DNA of 61,931 nt, the filler included, from Sluysia triapertura (Eukaryota), in assembly GCA_046118255.1 (NCBI GenBank). It is 4 parts of 4 records of this genome, joined end to end, with 100 filler letters (N's around TTAATTAATTAA, not from the genome) between each part and the next. Parts side by side here need not be neighbours in the genome. Positions count along the whole stretch, not along the records: positions 13,699 to 32,147 come from JBJNIA010146387.1; 3 more parts are not named here. One strand, given 5' to 3'. The notes under the pieces were generated by a model. The model was not told the origin of the DNA. It searched no databases and worked only from the letters and a program-made list of their open reading frames with translations. Positions 13,599 to 27,210 of this stretch are shown piece by piece. Numbering within the stretch: the first letter of the stretch is position 1; each line of letters begins with the position of its first letter. Both the position numbers and the translations under genes were made by a program.

Positions 13599-13698
13599 NN
13601 NNNNNNNNNNNNNNNNNNNNNNNNNNNNNNNNNNNNNNNNNNTTAATTAATTAANNNNNNNNNNNNNNNNNNNNNNNNNNNNNNNNNNNNNNNNNNNN
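13599..13698. other. Assembly gap with TTAATTAATTAA spacer
   Basis: N44 + TTAATTAATTAA + N44; identical at three joins. Confidence 0.97.
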
Positions 13699-14178
13699 TC
13701 AACAACCACAAAGACTTATAGCTCCTATTAATTGGCAGCAACAAAATAATAATACTATGTCATTTTCAACAAATTGTACAAATATGACAAGTTGTAATCC
13801 AGTGTTAGATACAAATCTCATATCCAATCCAGATAATTGTGATATTAATACTAGTTCTAAATTTAATTCAAATATTACCACTAGTAACGCTTTAGATATG
13901 GCCAATAGTAGTACAATTATATCAACAAATAACTCTACTGCTCTTTCACTACCTCATATTCTTTCTTCGAATAATAGTGTGTCTTCAGCATTTAATTCTA
14001 GAGGTACTTTTATATATAATTTAATTTAATCACATATTTCAAGTTCACCCAATAATGTTCTAAAACGTTAATTAACATTTTGAAAAAATATTGACATGAA
14101 AAATACTTCGTCCAAAAATTTTTGATTTGTACAGTAATTACAGAAGCTTTTAATTATGATTTTAAAATCTTTTAAGTG

Positions 14179-14637
14179 CTACATAAATATTAAATATAAT
14201 AAATTAAATATTAAATAAATATCAAACCGTGGCAAATTTGTTGTAAAAGTAACCGTTGTAGAAGCAGACTTTTGATCACTGTCTAACGTATCTGTAACAA
14301 CTACAACTAAAAATACTTTTTGTACAGTTTCTCTGTCAAGTATTTTTCCAAAAGTGTTAATCCATCCCGTAACAGGATCAATGTTAAAATAATCAGTTGC
14401 ATTAGCACTTGAATTATTTTCATCTAATGAATATCTTAGAGTAGCATTTTTGTCTTCATCAGTAGCTTTAATTTGAATAATTCTGGCACCAGGAATTGTG
14501 TTTTCTTTAACAAAAGTTTTATACATATTTGTATATTCAAAATACGGCTTATATTCATTGATATCGATTATATAAATAATTATTTGTTTTTTGGAACTCA
14601 GTTGTGGTATTCCATGATCACGACAATATATTGTAAT
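14179..14637 (-). CDS. Cadherin-superfamily ectodomain exon (about 1.3 EC repeats), possibly pseudogenic at its 3' end
   Basis: Acceptor aaacag at 14638-14643, then ITIYCRDHGIPQLSS..IIDINEYKPYF..VKENTIPGARIIQIKATDEDKNATLRYSL..FNIDPVTGWI..LDRE..VVVTD with DxNE, xEN, AxDxD and LDRE motifs. No clear donor; the next DxND linker is missing. Confidence 0.9.
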   Translation of the reverse strand: MTIYCRDHGIPQLSSKKQIIIYIIDINEYKPYFEYTNMYKTFVKENTIPGARIIQIKATDEDKNATLRYSLDENNSSANATDYFNIDPVTGWINTFGKILDRETVQKVFLVVVVTDTLDSDQKSASTTVTFTTNLPRFDIYLIFNLLYLIFM

Positions 14638-16329
14638 CTGTTTATTTAAACAAAGAATAAATATTTTATTATACGAAAATGTTTTATTTGTTTAATTTCA
14701 TTTTACAATGATAAAATAATAATAATAATAAATGATTAAATAAATCAATATTTATTAAAAGTTATTTTAAAAATTAATCATTTGCAGTAATAAAACATCC
14801 TTATTGTTAAAATAAAAGAATCTTCTTTAAAATATAGCTATTAAAAGTTTAGATGTAAAACTAAACCTATGATATATAGGATGCTATATGAATTCAAAAA
14901 TGAACATGAGATAAACTATCATTAGTATTATTAACATGCATATGATAAACTAATGTTTCATTCATTAATAGCTACAAAACTTATAATAACTGTGTTTTTT
15001 GTCGAATTTGTGTAAAAAGTACAAATATTACAATTACTAATGAATCAATTTTCAGTAACAATAATTACTTTTATCTTAATAATGAATGAAAATAATAAAA
15101 TGTGAAAACCAAACTGATACATGAAATTAAACAATATTAAGATAATTTAGGCACCATAAATAACTTTTAATTTGTTAGCAATTGGGTTAAATATATCAAA
15201 TTTCGATCTTTTAAATTCATATTCAGTTAATTTTTTTATTTTTAAGAACAAAATTGTATATTACGTTTTAATTTAATATTTAATACGCATTAAACTAATA
15301 TCTTTAGATTATTTTGAAAGTTCTTAATGTTCTTAAATTATTAAAATAATAATAACTGATTTTTGGAAACAACAGAAAAATACGAATTTATGTTAAACTT
15401 ACTTATTCTGTCAATTTAATACACAATTAAATGTTTATTTTATAAAATAATTGACAATAAAAATGATAAAATCATATAGACTTTATGCAAGATAAATAAT
15501 GAAAATATAAAATAAAAATATTGATTTTATCTTAAAATATTTTACTCAACTAAAAAACAGTACTACATTCTTAAATATTGTTCTGTTGAAAATATTTATT
15601 TTGAATTTATTGTAACATGTATTATTTTTTAATTAATTCTTTAATATTTTAATTAATATTTTGATAATTTAAGTAATAAATAAAAAAACTGAACAATGTC
15701 TAAATATGTTGTTTTGCTATATATTAAGATAATATCATAATTTAACTTTAAGAAATTAAAAATTTATGTCTTTCATCAATTAATTAATGTTTTTTGAGCA
15801 AAATTTGTGAATTATTTAAGCACGAAAAACAAAATTACATTATTTATTATAGTATTTATTTTTTTGATTATTATAATTTTATAATATATGACTCAAAAAC
15901 TTATTTGGTGAATTAATTATAGTTAATCTTTAATTAGTAACATGAATTAAAATCTCTGAAAAATCAAAAACAACATTGGATTATATAACTGAGACTGCAG
16001 CTTTAAAATTAAGTGAAGGATTATCAAAAGACGTTTATTGAAAAATAGAAATCGTCACGAGCTCTATACAAAATTAAAAAAGAAATAAATAAAAGCAGAG
16101 TGAAAATGAAAACAATTAATTTAGTTATTGCAATTAATTTTAGAAAAAATGTTTCAAATTATTAATAATCGCGACTTATTCCTATAAAATATTTGCTACA
16201 AAAAACATCCAATTCTAAAGAATGTAGCAATTTAAAAGTAGGCAAAACAAGATGCTTTGAAAAAGGATAACATAAATTCAGTATCTGCTTTGTCTTACAA
16301 AAAGCGGTTTGATATCAGTGAATGTAATT

Positions 16330-16900
16330 GTAACTGTGTTTTGATAATGTATTTTTTAAATTACGTTTGTTTGATAATGAAATAATTTTTGCAGATAAAA
16401 CATGAATTAAATTTAAATGAATATTAATTGTATTGTTTAAAAAGTGTAAATATCAATTAAAGAATATATCAAATATTCGAAAATTTATTAATAAAGATAA
16501 TACTAAATTGATTGTTAATTCATTGATAACTAATACTATAGATTATAATAATTCTATACAAAACCTGCAAAAATGAGAATTTTCTAGGTAAGAACATCTC
16601 ATATAACAGCTTACAGAATTACATTGGTTACCAATAAAAGCAAAAGTAAAATTCAAAATAATGATGGTAATTTATAAATGGTTATATTGTGGATATCATG
16701 ACTATCTCTTGGAAGTAATAAACAATTCTGAAACCAAAATGAATGTCATTAAGATACAATAATTTGTGTTTCAAAAATATACAACTAGCCACCAAATAAT
16801 GTTAAATTATTAGAAGATTTTGAAATGTTTAAGAAAAAGTTCTGTATACATTGAATGATTTATATAAAGCATTTTTGAATACTTATTTTGTAGTAGATAT
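16330..16900 (+). mobile_element. L2/CR1-clade LINE ORF2 3' remnant
   Basis: CKYQLKNISNIRKFINKDNTKLIVNSLITNTIDYNNS and LHWLPIKAKVKFKIMMVIYK match the L2/CR1 C-terminal motifs (LRNI..IR..L, SRLDYCNS, LHWLP). Confidence 0.8.
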
Positions 16901-19062
16901 TAGTGCAATATAAATTAATAAATTATTAATTAATTAAAATGAAATAAATTGAATTAAAAATACTAAATTAAATATTACTTTTCAATTACTAATAATAAAT
17001 GATTTATTTTAAGTGCCTTTGAGTACTTATTTTGGCTGTTAATGTCTTATTATCGTTGATGTGACACAGAAATGTTAATATATGAATTGATAAAAAATAA
17101 TAAACGTTTGTAAAAAGTAAAATATTGTAAAAAACGTAAATTGAAAATAAGTAAAATTAGCATTTAGTTGGTGACATAAATCCAATAATAATCGTAGATA
17201 TTAACATTCAAATATTCTAATTTATTGATCACGAATAGTTCTGGAAACATCTAAAGAAAGTATTGCAGATTTTTGTTTTAAAAATGAAAAAGTTAGATGA
17301 GAAAAGACAGACAAAACACAAAACAGATTCAGATCATAAACCAATAGGCCAACTAAACACTCTGAAATGTTCAATTCTTTGAATGATGCTTAAAACTTAT
17401 TTGATTTTAAATTTATTTATATTTTTTGAATTTAATTTTTTCTATTTTTGATTAATTAAAAATCCGGCTTAAGATCTGCCAAACAAAGTTGTGCAAAATT
17501 TTATGGGCAAGTTGATTTAATAAAAGAGACAAAACAATGTAACAAAGATAAAAATTTAATAAATCGAGTCATAAATCGAATTATTAAGATGTTTGTTCAA
17601 ACCAGACATATATACGTTGGAATTCGGTATATCACATTCACAATTTGATATTTTCGAATTAATTGGTGTTGTAATGTTGAATTAAATATAGATCTTTCAC
17701 ACCAGTCACTAAAGAATTAAGATACCATAAATTTCCATAAGGTTCAGTTCCAATTTCATCAATTAGTAGTAGACATTACACAGGAGGACTATATTAATGA
17801 AAAAGATGCTGAAATGAAAATTTATAATAATAATCAGGAGGACACGAAAAGACACTATGAAAGAATTATTTAAATAAACTTTTGATTTATCTTAACTATA
17901 ATTTTATTAAGAATTGAGGTTAAAAATAAATTATAATTAAGAATATATATAAGATTATAACACACACACACATATTATATGTACGGTATATTTGAAATGA
18001 AATTTTATTAAAAGAATAAATGAATAATAATTAAAACTTTTGTTTTATATAATGTATTATTATTATTATCATTATTATCATTATATTTATCTTAAATTAA
18101 AGTATTTTAAAAATAAAACAAGATTTTTTTTAATTGAAGTTATTGATTTTTCATTGAAATTTATTTTTGTTTTGTTTAAACTCTATACTAAACAGGAAAT
18201 ATATTATATAATAATGATAATATTGATTATGATAAAAATGTTTGATTTTAAAAATAAATAATGCAGAATAAAAATTTCTTCTCAATTATATCAATTATTG
18301 TTATTATTATCATTGTTTAGTATTTGGTAATTGCAATATCAAAAACGATATAAAGTATTTCCGCTAAACTTAAATAATTACAATACTTAAAACATAGATT
18401 TAAGTATAATAGATAAGCATTAATTTTAGATTGTTTAATAACAATATCACAATGTGTATTAATTAGCAAATTCAAAAAATGTATTATTAAATACTGCTTA
18501 CAAATATTTTAAATCAAAGAAATAAGTAGTATTAATTATAATGATAATGATAAACTTTTCATATGATTTTGTTGCTTATTGCTTTTATTTTATTTTATAT
18601 TTCCGTGAAATGTAATATAATTTTTTTACTGTTATTTGTACCAATTGTTTTTGATAATTTTAGTTTTATGTAGTAATACTGCTCAATGAACCTAGCGCTT
18701 TTTAAAATAAGCATAAATTTTGCATTTACAGTATTTTAAATAAAAATTGAAAAATCTATTCAACAGTTTAATGCTACTGGTGGTATTAAAAGGGTTAAAA
18801 TTTATAATTATTTAAATGAAAAAAACTAAAAACATTGCCTAAAGAAACCAAACTTTAAATTATCTTATTTCATTTATATCAACAATATTTGAATAATGTT
18901 TTGAAAGTTTAATTAATTAGAGATCTAACATATAACCGACAAAAAGTTTGTAGCAGAGTATAAATGTTTAGAAATTTTGACTTCCGAATATCTTTCCTCA
19001 CTGCAAATAATAATTCTTTCACGTGCTACTTCAGTCAGTTCTTTTCATGTCATTAAAGATAC

Positions 19063-19233
19063 TAAAACCCTTACACAGGACCTTGGAACTCCAAGGTATT
19101 CTTTAACTGTTAGATGTTTTTACTTTTATGATTCTTATTTCAACAATGTTTACCATGTTCAATCCATCACCTTGTATCAATTCTTCCTTCATTTAATAAT
19201 TCTACATATTTCTCACTCATTTTTTGATCTACA
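19063..19233 (+). repeat. LTR-like repeat family A, partial copy ending in ..GATCTACA
   Basis: Reverse complement aligns with 25612-25795 (taacag.taaagaataccttggagtt); followed by a TGGACAATCCC PBS-like flank shared with that copy. Confidence 0.8.
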
Positions 19234-20082
19234 GCTGGACAATCCCAACAAAATTTATGTTAAAAATAAAAAAAAACATAATTATTATATTTGTTTGCCG
19301 AAAAATGATTCATAAATAAATGTTAGTAAAATTAATGTTTAAGAATCATCTTTAAGAGAAATGTGAAATTCCGTCGTTACATAACGAAATAGTTAATCTT
19401 GGAAATCAAAGATACATCAGAAATCCTTTAACTAATTCTGTACGAAATAATTATTACTTTTAGTTTATTTTATGGACGAAATACAAACCTTTATTTTAAA
19501 AACGAAAACATCATCCTTTAAATTAAATTGCATTGTATCAAAAGGTATTTTCAGATTTGGAGATTCAGCAAAAGTATTAAAATATTATTCTCACAGAGTA
19601 TCAATGTATATGAGAACAAATATAATAATGAAAATAGCCTTTTGGTTGCCAAAAAATATATAGAATAAGATGAACTCTTTCAAAGAACTCAAGAAAGATA
19701 TAAACATTCATTTTTTATTGAATCAGACTTAGCAAGTACTATGTCCAATACCTTTAAGTGTCACATATTTGCAATTTCAGCTATTTGTTTATTAACCCGT
19801 CTTATATTTACCTATTATAAAATGTCTCATACTAATCATATGTCGATGATTTACAGATTAGTAACTGGTCTTTGTTAAGTTGTAGCAATTTACTCGGGAT
19901 AAATAATAGTAGAAAGAAATCAATTCATTACAACAGTGCTATTTCAATATTTTCAAAAATAGTTCAAAATTTATCTATTAAAATTGATTTAAATCAGTTT
20001 TGATAAATAAGAATCTGTCCAGTCACGAAGCGAAGTTCTCGGAAGAAGTAGATGATTAAGATCAACTGGAGTTGCTAGAGGC

Positions 20083-20148
20083 TCCTCAAGTGAATGACGT
20101 TGACAAAACCCTTTAAGAGTGTGATTTCTACAACAAACAATACGCATC
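20083..20148 (-). pseudogene. Internally deleted CCCH-family zinc-finger remnant
   Basis: MRIVCCRNHTLKGFCQRHSLEE has the first half of the finger and the H..E tail but lacks the third Cys segment. Confidence 0.4.
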
Positions 20149-21586
20149 ATCTTATGTCGAATTATTAATAGAAAGGAAAACCAATTTATAAGTCATCTGT
20201 GATTATTTCATGAAGATTTTTCATTCACAAAGATAATATCAGAAAATGCTGAAATATTATGAAGAACCTGCAATAGTTTGTAAATCTCAATTAAAAACCG
20301 TTTAGTGGATCTTGTATGCTTTACTTTTATTATGTACTTTACTATCGTTTTGATACTTCTAAGGTTGATCATAGTCTCATTCTCATTTTTGGTCATACAA
20401 TAAATAAAAACAAATTTACGTTAAATAATAATATTAAACAATTTAAGATTCAGATGGGGGTTGAAATAAATTTTCTCAATTGCCACTATTCGGCTTTGAA
20501 AGTAAAATAAATCTCAACCGAAATTCGAAACTAATAAGTAATAAATTTATAACCATCTATTAACAAAGATTTCTTTATTTCTACTTCAAAACGAAACATT
20601 AAGATCTACCCGAACTAACTTCATTCACATTAAAGTGCTCTTCCAACACCGCAAACGTAATTATTAAACATTCATTGTCACTCAAAAATATATCATCACA
20701 AAATTGGAGTATGAAACGTTCTAAAAATATTACATACAAAATTACACATATGAACCTTAAATAGACAATTACAAATAATGAATATTTAAACACTTCTCCT
20801 AATTTTAGAATCACAATTAATATTTATTTTATAAGTATATATTATAGAATAATTATTGTTCAAACTTTTACCAATGAAAAATCGAAATATTTAATCGAAA
20901 TAGTTTTAATATAATACCAGTAAGTATTATATCATTATTTTCAAAATTTAATCAAAATAATAAATGAATTGGAAATATTTGTTTATTTATTTAAAGTAAA
21001 TAAAAATACACTGTTTGCTTGTACAATTCATCAACTAATTATAAATTAGTTGTTTTGAAAATATAGTTACAAAATAGCATAGTAAATCAGTCTGATATCA
21101 GGTAGTTGTAAACTATACTAACTCAGATTCATTGACAGACATTAATTGAAATATTCCCTTTAATTAAGTGGACACATATGGACTATTCCCATGTCGAGAT
21201 TATAATTTGAATATTTAGTAATAAATAATAATAATAATAATAATAATAATCATCATAATCATCATCATCATCATCATCATCATCGTATGGATAATAGAAT
21301 AAATAAAATTTAATTAGTTATTTTATTTATATTAAATTAAATTTTATTATTTTTTTAATTACTATTTGTAATTATTTATTCTTCTGGAAGAATTACTTAA
21401 ATAACTGGCTATATTTTATTGAAATTTAAATAATTAATAAAATTTTTATTTTATCAAAAAAAGATAACATTAGTTTCCCCTTTTCTGAGACTTAAATTTA
21501 TATAATTTTAAAATTGACTATTTTTCAGTATATTATTTATTAGATATTCTATCATAAATTTGTGTAGCAACTTCTCAAGAACTCTA

Positions 21587-21710
21587 GAACTGTGATCGAG
21601 GAATAGGGTGAAATTACCTCCAAATAGAGTAAAAGTGAAATTTTAGGGATGAATGACAATTTCTAAATCATATTAGGATAGTGGAGGTAAAAGTTCCTCG
21701 ATCACGGCTG
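21587..21710. mobile_element. Tc1/mariner-type MITE (~124 bp)
   Basis: Inverted repeats CTGTGATCGAGGAA / TTCCTCGATCACGG plus inner TTACCTCCA / TGGAGGTAA; TA on both sides; the right end reads TA-CAGCCGTG on the minus strand. Confidence 0.75.
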
Positions 21711-24346
21711 TAGAAGATAGAAACAAATGTTTGTTTCATGATTAAAGAAATAATCTTAGTCGTAAATCGTTGGATTGCTGTTAAATGTTTTATTTATTTG
21801 CCAGTTATATATCTAGTATTATAAATAAATAATTCTGTAGTTGCAATTGTTTTCAATGTTGTTAAATAAATCTTTCAAAATATCTGAAACAGTATCATTA
21901 AAATCTATAAAAGAAAATAATTTCCTAATAATGTTAATAAGGATTTTCTATGGTTTTGTATACTTTCTTTGTTTATCTATATTTTACTCCATTTTAATAT
22001 AAAATTATTTAAATAATATCAAATTTAATGTTGTTATTTTATTATTTTGTTTCGAATTATTAAAGCTCGGTTTCTTGATTCCGTAATTAAATTTAAAAAT
22101 ATTATAAGCATTATATTAACATCATATGATAAAATAAATATAATTTTTAACTAATTATAAAATAAAAATAAAATATCTAGTTTTTTTGACAAGATGAACT
22201 TTTGTTAAACATTAAATTATGTGACATTTCAAAAAATAATAATTTAAAAAACATCAAGGTGATAAACAAAAGTTTAGTGTTAAATTATTATTAAATATGT
22301 AATGTAAAACCAACAAACTAATATTTTGACGTACTATATGATTTAAATATTTGTAAGGTGTGCTCTATGCTCTAAAGATTTTAAAAATCTTTTAATCATT
22401 AATTTTTCAAATCTTTTCATTATGAATTAGAAAATTTATCATTAAAATTTATTAAAAATTAACTGTTATTCAGCTATAATTTAAAAAAGGAAATATTTTA
22501 ATTATTTTTAATCAGCTGTTAAGAAATAATTTTAATGGAATATAGTTCAACATATAAAAGAAGGAATGTTATGCTACAATTTTACAATTAAAACATGTTT
22601 ACGATTTGCTGTATCTTTAATTTGGATATCACGATTGATCATTTTAAAAGGAGACAGTTTACTATAAAAGGAACTATCAATATTATTAAATGCATTATCA
22701 ATCCATTTGAATGTTTCGTTGTTTTGTTATTCAGTGCAACCGGATAAATGAAGCATGTGGTATTGTTAGTTTAAGCAATTGTTATTTTGTCGGAGATACA
22801 ATAGCGAAGGACATTTCTATTTTAAAGATTTCGTAAGCTTTTATGCGTAAGTTCCCTCTTTTTTACGCAAGAGATAAAATATGACTTAAAATTCATTTTA
22901 TTTTACACTAGTAATAAAATCTTAATTTTAAATTTGGAACAATAAGGCCTAAGCTTTATTGTAATAAATCATTGTGTGTGTATAAACCAAGAGTCTATGA
23001 TAAAGTGAAAAATCCTTACTTGAGTCAGAAAGACCCTCGCAGAACAAAAGAGTAATTGTCTATTAATTTATAAGAAAATCTTATAAGTATGTCACTTAGG
23101 AAATTTAAATAAAATATTGTAGTCGAACCAAATTAAGATGTAAATATCAACTTTGAAAGTAAATTAAGTTTAAATAATATTAATAAAAATCATTGCAAAT
23201 TAATTTTAAATGTAACTGTTGTCAGTGTAAATTAATAAAAATTAATAAACAATTTGATATTCAATTCGGCTGTTGCTAGTCTGCAAAGATCAAATGAAAG
23301 TTTTAATTTTTTTGTTATTAGCATGTAAAAAAGTATTTTAGACAATTTTTCTAATAGATTACGTTATATTAATAATGTTACTATATTATATTATAAAATG
23401 TGAATAAGCATTTTTAATATGATATTAATTTATTTAATTATTAATCCACCGTGATTAAATCATGTTTCTTAATTTTAAATAATAAAGCCAAAAATATTAA
23501 AAATAAAATATATTATTATTATTTTTATTAAACTATAATAATTTATTAGATTTTGTCTTGATCTGGTTTATAAATATTTTGTCAATATTTATAATGTATA
23601 AAATATACAAATAAAATATTATGATTAGCAGGATTAGCATTATGTAACAATCATCAAAAACAAAAACAGTACTTAATTTAGAGCTTCAATTATTTATATT
23701 TCATATATAAACATTTATGTAAAAGTTGGTTATTTTTTAAACGCATTTTATTAAATTTTAATTGTACTTTACTAAATTTTAATGATATTATTTTGTAAAA
23801 TATTTTGTAAAAGTTATTGATTTTTTGATAATAAAATATATTTTATAAAAATGAATGCCTATCTATTAAGAGATGGACTAAGTAATTTTTAAAGGGAAAA
23901 ATTTCGGTTTTAATGAAGAAAAGTTGTCAAACGGATTGAAATTAGGGATCTCCATGAAGAAAAATTAATGTAACACATTTTAAAGAATGGTTGAAATTTA
24001 TCGACAAAGAAAATTTACTGAACTTCGATTAGTTCATTATATTTTTAACGTATTTGGCAAACCATTACGTATTTTTCATTAAGTAATGAGTTTTCAAATG
24101 AAAAAGAACTAAGAAATTACTTATTTTTTTAAAAAAACTCTTGTAATTATATTTATATTACGAAAACACATTTTGTTTTAATATTACTTTTTATTTATGT
24201 AATATGAAGGAAGTTGAATATAGATCAATAATTATGCTTTTTATTCAAGAAAGAAAGGAATAATCAAATAATTAATCGATAGGAATAAAAATGAATGTAC
24301 AGTGAAAACAAATAAATGATGATATAAGGAAGAATTTCAGATTTAA

Positions 24347-24882
24347 CCATTTCGCCGTCGCTCGGACCTATTGGTCCCACTCATATTTCTGCAAGTTTCT
24401 CAGCCTTAAGCAGGTCATGTTACAATGTGAATAATTTTAATGATATACTATTTTGGTTACATATTGTTTTAGAGGATTAAATAAGAACAATGTTTTGCAT
24501 AATCGTTTCTGCTTTTAAAGTTTGTGCACAAAGTTATTTCAATAACATACCACCATTTTGTGAGAAAAATAATTAAATCAAATAAAATAAGTGAAAATAT
24601 TATAAAGTCTAAAGTTATATTACTTTTGTTAGAAGATGGCAGATTGATTTAGAACATTCCACACTATATTACACTTTGGTAGAGAATACTAAATTTACCA
24701 ATTTTCACATTTTATGCCATTTTATTGAAAATTCATGAAAAATTATACATTTTTTAATTAATTTTGAAATTTACACTAACGCAAGTGGAGCCAGCTTTTT
24801 AATGGCTCTTCTCACATATATTTCATATAATCTATCAAATAAATTTATGTTCGCAAAAATGCGCTCACCGGCGGTTAAAGGG
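24347..24882. mobile_element. piggyBac-type non-autonomous element (~536 bp)
   Basis: TTAA at 24343-24346 and 24883-24886; imperfect TIRs CCATTTCGCCGTCG and (reverse) CCCTTTAACCGCCG; no ORF. Confidence 0.75.
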
Positions 24883-25611
24883 TTAAAAAGAATCATTTGC
24901 AGTCAAAATAGTTTATGACACTATAAGCAAATTTACATTCCAATTTGGAGCTATGAAAAGATTTATGAAATGTCAAAAAGTGCAGTTAAGGTTTTGTGAA
25001 TTTATTCATTGTAGTTATGAGCAAGTGCTTTCTTGTTATTGCTAGTGCATATTTATGATAAACGTTGAACGGTATTAATCAATATTCAGAAAATTGTTTT
25101 ACGAAATTAATTGAGAAACGACGTTTTTCAACAAACTATTATCAAAATTAAGTAACTTTTTGGATAAAATTAAATTTTAGATAACATTATTATTTGTGAA
25201 TTAACATGTTTTAACAAAACTTAATTAGCTTTTATCATGGAAACTAACATATTTTTAGTTAAAAAAATATAATTTTTACAACCTTACAACGGGTATAAAT
25301 AGTAAAGAAAACCACTGAAAAAAATAAGACAGTGACATTTTTACGAACATTTTTATAAAACATTGCGTTAAGGATTTGTTGAAAAATAATCAGAGTTCAT
25401 AAGTCTGTTGATCAACATAATTATTGATAATTATTATTTCCAGAGAAATAATTCTATTCCGAATTCGAGTCCTGCATTATTTATTCGACCTACGACAAAA
25501 TCATCACAGCTGAAACGTTGTAATATAAAGATAATATTCGTCATTTTTTGCTGATAAGTTTAATCGTGCTTAAATAAATTGAAATTTAAAATATTGTTGG
25601 GATTGCTCAAC

Positions 25612-26880
25612 TGTGGATCCGAAGATGAGTGAGAAACATATAGAACTATAAAATCAAGGAAGAACTAATACAAGGTAATGAATTGAACATGATAAACATT
25701 ATTGGAATAAGAATCATGAAAGTGAAAACATCTATAATAATGTTAACAGCTAAAGAATACCTTGGAGTTACAAAGGCCTATATAAGGGTTTGAAACTTTA
25801 TGAAAGCTTGAGATTGACTTGGAAAACCTTTCGAAGCATTAAAGTATCTTTGAACTTGTGAACATTTAGATCATTTAAGACCTTGATAACCTGTCAGTAT
25901 TCTTGGAACATCGATGAGCATTTGAGATCCTTTAGTAATCTTATAAAGTGTTTAAAATCTTTAAAATAGTTGAGAAATAAAATCATTGTTGTTAATGTTA
26001 AGAATAATCTAGTATAGTAATAATTAACATGAAGAAGTAGAAAAATGAATCAGAGAGGTGAAAGTGAAAACACCTAGAGCCTCCTGAATGCCTTATAAAC
26101 TATTAAATAACTTTAAAACTTCGATAAAACCATTAAACATAGAATAAGATTAAGTCTAAAAATAGAATTAATTAATTAAAAATCTTAATTAACTTAATTA
26201 AGAAAAAGTTAATTAAGAATAACTTTTGAATGCGGAATGCTATGTTAAATTTGAAACTGTGTATGTTTTGTTTTGAAAAGACCTTTCAGTAAATGTATAG
26301 TTTGACCGAGTTCATGCAAAGAAAACCTTAATATTTAGCAAATTCAAATTTTAATTAATTTTTATTTATGGAATGTTGAATTTTTAATACTCAGAGTGAT
26401 TCAAATGTGATGAATGGAATATGAGATGATTGCCGTGAAAGAGGAGAATCTATAAGTGAAATTATTCGTTTGAGAATAAGAAGCTTAAAACATTTTTCTT
26501 TAGAAAATTGGGTGTGAAAAACAAAAAATTAATTAAATAATAGAAAGTGAAATTAAATTCATTATTTTTATGTACGTTAATAGTATTGCTGATTGCTATT
26601 TTAATGAGAGAAGTAATTTAAGTAAAAATAGATTGAGTAGAGTAAAAGGAAATGACGGTTGATAATAAATCAGATTTCAATGTTTTGTAACTAATAAAGT
26701 TTGACAGACCGTACCATGTAGTTGTCAAAATTGTTATTGTCGGTTTGATTCTCAAAGAGGCTTGGATGATTTGTGTGAGAGAATGTTTGGTTGTGAAATT
26801 GTGAATTGATTGGATTTCAAAATTTTTACAACGCAATGACTACAATGACACAATGGCATGAAGATCCATGCATATGGTAA
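25612..26880 (-). repeat. LTR-like repeat family A, longest copy
   Basis: 25631-26375 aligns directly with 33266-33945 and inversely with 19063-19233. Terminus TGTGGATC on the + strand; strong G/T versus C/A strand skew. Right boundary approximate. Confidence 0.8.
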
Positions 26881-26989
26881 AGTTTTTCATTGTTAATTTT
26901 TATTATATTAACAATAAGATAAGTGATAAATTTTGTTTTAATTTAATATTAGTTATTAAATTTGATTTTTCTTTATTATTATTAAAATA

Positions 26990-27210
26990 GTTTTGTGGGA
27001 AACATCCCACGTAATTTTTGTAAATTTTTTATAATTAATCAAATAATTTGAGAGAATTATTTTACGTGATTTTTGTTAAAAATTATAGTTGATTTTTAGT
27101 CATTTTTAAGGTAATTTTGTAATCAACTCCCTGCGCAATTTTTGTTAAAGGTTGTATTTGATTTTCAACCATTTTTAAGTTAGTTCTGTGAGAAGCACTT
27201 TACGCAATTT
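26990..27210. repeat. Degenerate ~70-bp tandem repeat
   Basis: Recurrent cg.aatttttgttaaa..ttgatttt..catttttaag units. Confidence 0.65.

Noticed and set aside
13643-13654. TTAATTAATTAA palindrome inside N runs (also at ~32192 and 48181)
   Set aside because: Identical 100-nt spacer at three joins with stops in all six frames; an assembly linker, not biology. It also means adjacency across these gaps is not reliable.
23860-24150. Mariner transposase C-terminal fragments
   Set aside because: Only loose similarity (LSNF.KGKNF..NEE; SLSN..FSNEKELRNYL) with no catalytic motif; not supportable by eye.
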